Assembly: GCA_965637545.1 (NCBI GenBank)
Contig: OZ281496.1
Span: 3,162,001-3,226,000 of the forward strand
DNA: 64,000 nt
Direction: 5' to 3'
DNA from: Phallusia mammillata
Lineage: Eukaryota
The notes beneath the pieces were generated by a model. The model was not told the origin of the DNA. It saw only the letters and a list, made by a program, of their open reading frames with translations, and ran no database searches. The translations under genes were made by a program, and so were the position numbers. This document shows, in pieces, positions 60,101 through 64,000 of this stretch. Within the stretch, counting starts at the first letter, position 1, and each line of letters starts with the position of its first letter.

Positions 60101-63100
60101 CTCGAGTGGAGTTCACTGTTCGAAGAAAATCACCAAGAACCAATCACCAAGAAAAAGTACAAAAATACTCCAGACCACATAAAGACCTTCTTGGTGACGC
60201 CATTAAAGTTTATGGTGATATTGCCTTCGCCAAGCTGCGTCAATTAGGAACAAAGGTAATGCAACGGTATCACCAACGATGCAACCTTAATACCAGCATG
60301 AAGTGGAGTCTACGCAAGCTGATTCGCCTGACATCAAGCCACACAATTGTCATTTGCAAATCGGACAAGGATGGCAAAATCATAATCATTGACTATGAAG
60401 ACTACCAACAGGTTATGGAAAAATCGCTCGAAACACACGTCAAGCTGGAATATTCCTCTGAAGTATACTTAGGAAACCTTTCTCGGGCCAAAAAGAAGTG
60501 TGAAGAAAAAATCATAAACCTTCACAGAGATAACGTTTTAAGCGACATAATGCTATGGCACACACTCGGTATAAAATGCAAGGGAAATAGCTATCAACAT
60601 GTTCCTGGCCCCTCGGCTAAGCACTTTTCATGTTGTACACCTTCATACGCCTATCCCTTGTTCAAAACGCACAAGGTGGGTTTGAAGCAACTGGTAGAGA
60701 TGGACGTCAGTGAAATACCTGTTCGGTTGCTGCAATCGCTGAGTCACACACCCATGTCCAGAATTACAGCGTTCTTAGAATATCTGTTAAAGCCAATAAG
60801 TGTCTCATAGAACCAAGCCGTTGTTCCTGAGTACTGCCGGGACAGTTCTCATTATTTACGTGAACTTTTAAATTGGAAGGAAAAGACAACATCAACAATT
60901 GAAAAACAACTTGCGGATACGCCTCTGTTTATCGTAACAGCAGATGTCAAATCACTTTACAACAACATGGACCGGTCGCACCTGCGTGCGGCGCTTAAAG
61001 ACGCGCTTGCAACGGAGAGCAACTTCAGCAAACATAGTATAGAAAACCTCATCGAACTAACATTCTTATGTTTGGAAAATGCCATCCTCAAACACGGGGA
61101 CAATTTTTACACTCAGAAAAAGGGCATCGTAACTGGTGACAACCATTCTGTCTCGCTCGCCAACATTGGCGTTCATTATATCATGGTGCAGGCAGCGTGC
61201 TTTATACAAAGAACAGAACTGTTCATGAGGTTCATTGACGATATGATTTATCTCTGTTTTGGCTACGATATCTTCAGAACAACCATTAGGGGTATCGAGA
61301 GCGTGTTTGCCACTCACGGTTTGGAAATAACCCACAACTACCTTACAACCGCCCAAACCGAGGGGCATATTCCATTTCTGGATGTAAACCACGTCATCAG
61401 CCGACAGAATAAATTTAAATTTAAAACAACAGACTACGTCAAAGACACCGCAACCGGCCGACGATTTTTAAACGGATGGTCCCACCACCCTCATTCCGTT
61501 TTTAAGTCCATTATACATGGAGAGTCAAAACGACTACGGCGCTTAAACGAACGTGACGATGATTTCAGAGCCAGCCTTGGCAAACTGCGTATCAAAGCCA
61601 AACTATCCTGCTTCCCTACGTCAATGACAAATGACGTCATTGAAAAAGCAAGTATGTGGACAAACAGATTTCCACCCTCGAATGGCAACAGCTCGCAAAA
61701 GGCTCTGAATGTTTGGGCAACGAGCTTTCCATTACTACTACAACCTTCCGCAAAAGACCGAAGTTTGGTAAAAAATATCACAATAACATACAAACGACCA
61801 CCAACACTCGGAAACCTCCTTACCCGCTACAGACGGCTAGCGCAAGTCGGGGAAAACAGTTCCATGCCTATTGGGGGCTCATCTGCACCTTGTGGACACT
61901 GTGCTTTGTGTGGACACTTTGGAAATCACAAAGGAATGGTTGACTATACCACTAACATAGAAAGCAAAAAGGGTGTAACAAAGTTACGGCAAACACTCAC
62001 ATGCCGCAACTATGGCATATATGCTGCCACCTGCACAATATGCCAAAAGCAGTATGTCGGTCAAACAAAAAATAAGTTTTCAGTACGTTGGACGGGACAC
62101 AGATCTATGTGGAATTCTTTCAAACCGGGTGATTATAACGAAAAGGCAGCCCTTTGTCAGCACTATGCCACAGAGCATAGCGCCAACGCCCGTGACCCTA
62201 TCAGCACGTGTTTTCGGGTGCAGTTTTTGGAGCAGCCAACTATCCATCTACTGGACATCTATGAAAGTAAGTGGGCCAGCAAGATTGGAGCTGAAATAAA
62301 CTTACAAAAAATGTTTTTACCCTACATTAAATAACATTTTATTTGTTTATTCCTACGCGCCTTTTGTCCGTTCATTTTTATCAGTGTTTCCGCCATTGGT
62401 TTTTACAACGCTTCTTCCGTCCTTATCTACCTTCTTTTGCCCCGCGCCACAGATTGAGCGTTTTTCCTTTTCTTTCCATCTTTACTAGTGCGTGTTTGGC
62501 CGCGCCATCTGCAGGTCCCAGTTCTACCTTACTGTCAGCAGTTTTTAATATGTTTTGTTTGTGCTTTATAGTTATACCTGCATACCATTTTTAGCGCTGT
62601 TTTGTTTTTAGATACTGACGATGCCTATTACTTAGGCGAAATATATATGTCTAATAAAACGGTGGACGACTTCAGACTTGTCAAAGTTTTCAGTCTGTTT
62701 CTAAAGACATGGTTTTAATGAAGTTTGTTATTTTGCTTTTAAAAACCCCGCGAGCACCTAAGGGAGTTAAAAACAGTGAGCTGTTTGTTAAACTTTTATA
62801 TGTTTTAGATTTGACGAAATTTTTGCAAAGAAAGCAGGAACGTTGGATGTCGCCCTAAATCTATTTAGCAACGAATACTTCAACGAGAGCTTGCCCAGAG
62901 AAGTAACTGTACCCAACTACATTTTTGCTAAACTTAAACTTGATGAGATCTCTGCAGCCGATGATTACTTTATTGTCGTGGTGAATTGAAAATAAACTGC
63001 TTTTAGTGCAAGAAAGCATTGAATTTTTTGATTTAATATTCATTATTCTGGCATCTTTGGTCTAGTTTCCAATTTATACTTTAAAGTGGAATACCTTTTT

Positions 63101-63483
63101 GCACAGCTGGAAGCCTGTTGGGCGACACGCAATGAAAACTCCGATAGTTTGCCGAGTTACCAAATTGTACAAAGCGGGTAAGATATACTTGAATTACCTC
63201 AACACATGTTTTTCTTAGTTGCGAGCTGATTTGTTTAGTGATTAATTTTGTATCTGTATTTCACTATGATTAACCCAGCATCGAAACTATTAGATGCGTT
63301 GCGCCACCCAGTGGAGGAGAGGCTGCCGACGCGAAGACGTTGATACGAAATTACGAATCCAACTTTGCAACGTTCAAGCTGATGAGCTTTGGGTGGACAA
63401 ACTTTACCGACGCAGAACAATTTATCTACATCCACTGCGACGTGACCGTCTGTCATAATTCAACTGGACAATGCCCTGGACAG
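36196..63483 (+). CDS. CUB-CUB-ZP domain protein 2 (CUZD1-like), 3'-partial; intron 8 carries the 21-kb insertion
   Basis: Exons 36196-36256, 37158-37324, 37472-37622, 37946-38121, 39323-39461 (or 39482), 39704-39752, 40463-40628, 40790-40947, 62809-62980, 63107-63177, 63294-63483. Lengths equal those of gene 1 (61, 167, 151, 176, -, 49, 166, 158, 172, 71, 190) and all are open. The final furin-site exon is not seen in the window. Confidence 0.88.
38127..38874. mobile_element. hAT-like non-autonomous element
   Basis: TIR caggggtgtcacac / gtttgacacccctg; multiple ggccgca subterminal motifs; no clear TSD. Confidence 0.7.
40010..40422. mobile_element. MITE with long terminal inverted repeats
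   Basis: gtctagacgggtgacactaaaacgctgaatgg and its exact reverse complement at the right end, with gggcgggac subterminal repeats. Confidence 0.9.
41525..41538 (+). repeat. Left copy of 14-bp target-site duplication GTTTCTAAAGACAT
   Basis: Identical to 62697-62710; directly abuts the end of the Penelope-like sequence at 41539. Confidence 0.88.
41539..43246 (-). mobile_element. Penelope-like element copy A (RT C-terminal half + GIY-YIG + pLTR), cut by the N gap
   Basis: ORF 43243-41981: QKKGIVTGDNHSVSLANI, FMRFIDDMI, IPFLDV, CGHCALC, GIYAATCTICQKQYVGQT, HYATEH. The endonuclease region is intact. Confidence 0.95.
41655..41713 (-). ncRNA. Minimal type I hammerhead ribozyme motif (copy A pLTR)
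   Basis: CTGACGA core at 41700-41694; same sequence as the 49443 copy. Confidence 0.8.
43247..43446. other. Assembly gap (200 N)
   Basis: Run of N; the true size is unknown. Confidence 1.
43801..43917. mobile_element. hAT-type MITE in a FYB-like intron
   Basis: TIR cagtggtgg / ccaccactg; perfect 8-bp TSD CATAAGCC. Confidence 0.92.
45346..45585. mobile_element. hAT-type MITE in a FYB-like intron
   Basis: Ends cagtggttcccaacc / ggtcgtaaactactg; flanks atattgtg and atatagtg (7/8). Confidence 0.7.
47698..48473 (-). mobile_element. Penelope-like element copy B (3' 776 bp, inverted)
   Basis: Reverse complement of the GIY-YIG C-terminus plus pLTR; ends at the same nucleotide (...cacagttta) as copy A. 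Confidence 0.95.
47814..47872 (-). ncRNA. Minimal hammerhead ribozyme motif (copy B pLTR)
   Basis: CTGACGA core at 47859-47853. Confidence 0.8.
48474..62696 (+). mobile_element. Head-to-tail Penelope-like array: 5'-truncated copy C (48474-49604), three 3286-bp units D/E/F (49605-59462), terminal unit G (59463-62696)
   Basis: ORFs recur at a 3286-bp period (49640/52926/56212/59498). RT motifs KSDKDG, YPLFKTHK, TADVKSLY, GDNHSVSLANI, RFIDD; GIY-YIG with CCHH. The reconstructed ORF is 2844 nt (947 aa), but every full-length copy is disrupted. Confidence 0.96.
49430..49488 (+). ncRNA. Minimal type I hammerhead ribozyme motif (also with cores at 52729, 56015, 59301, 62615)
   Basis: TTAGATA-CTGACGA-T-GCCTA(TTACT)TAGGC-GAAA-TATATA-TGTCTAA. 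Stem I is TTAGATA/TGTCTAA, stem II is 5 bp, stem III is the palindrome ATATAT. Predicted cleavage after AUA at 49475. Confidence 0.82.
62697..62710 (+). repeat. Right copy of 14-bp target-site duplication GTTTCTAAAGACAT
   Basis: Element sequence stops at ...cagtct(gtt) and host intron sequence resumes. Confidence 0.88.
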
Positions 63484-64000
63484 GTGACTTGATTAAAGTA
63501 GATTTTGGACTTGCAACAGAGAATAAAGTTTAGCAAAATAGTGTTGGTCGAAAAAAAAAGGTCAAGGAAAATGATATGTTTTTTTTTTCAGAACAAAATT
63601 CCTGAGTATTGCTCAAAAACAATCGAGATAGTATGTCTCTAAATAACTTAAGAATTTCTTTGGCGTTTATGTCCAGTTGTACCATTAAAAATATTAGTGT
63701 GGAATGGCTTTATATTCTGTTGCTTCCATACCAAAGTTTTCTAGGTTCGTTTGCCAATACGGTTTATTTCCTGTCACCAGTTGATTTTATGTGGCTAATC
63801 AGCAAAAAGGCTGTATGGTCCGGCGCGCCTGAATCATAACATAACCTTGATAGGAATTCGACCCCCATCCTATTTGGAATCCGAACCACAATAAAAATAC
63901 GAGGTTTACTGTGTGTAGCTTACATACAAATTTAAAAGTAATTTTAACCCTTTTATTTGGTTGGAGTGCGAGCAACGGTAAATATTCCGCCACAGGCTAC

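Noticed and set aside
48474-62696. CRISPR array, LTR retrotransposon or prokaryotic retron/DGR interpretation
   Set aside because: Repeats are whole 3.3-kb elements with no spacers; there is no gag, protease or integrase; the context is spliceosomal-intron eukaryotic DNA.

Overview
Eukaryotic (animal) genomic DNA, AT-rich with short GT-AG introns. A tunicate-like invertebrate is my inference from the gene content. Left to right: (1) the 3' part of an apparently intronless LDLa-repeat 7TM receptor of the LGR/GRL101 type with no LRRs (<2-3352); (2) a minus-strand family of small Pro/Asn/Gln-rich proteins sharing the motif R[IV]AFDNFDP (about six copies, 5.4-29 kb); (3) two paralogous CUB-CUB-ZP genes with near-identical exon lengths (14783-20778 and 36196->63483); (4) scattered hAT-type MITEs and tRNA-derived SINEs. 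The main result lies in intron 8 of the second CUB-ZP gene: a ~21.2 kb block (41539-62696) bounded by a 14-bp direct repeat, GTTTCTAAAGACAT. It contains seven full or partial copies of a Penelope-like retroelement (RT + C-terminal GIY-YIG; five with a pseudo-LTR on +, two on -), each carrying a minimal hammerhead ribozyme motif. Between the two inverted copies sits a 5'-truncated, intron-retaining nine-exon fragment of a FYB/ADAP-family gene. This looks like Penelope-mediated capture and relocation of unspliced host sequence. Caveats: a 200-N gap lies inside the block, three array units look identical and could be an assembly artefact, and all alignments and folds were done by eye.
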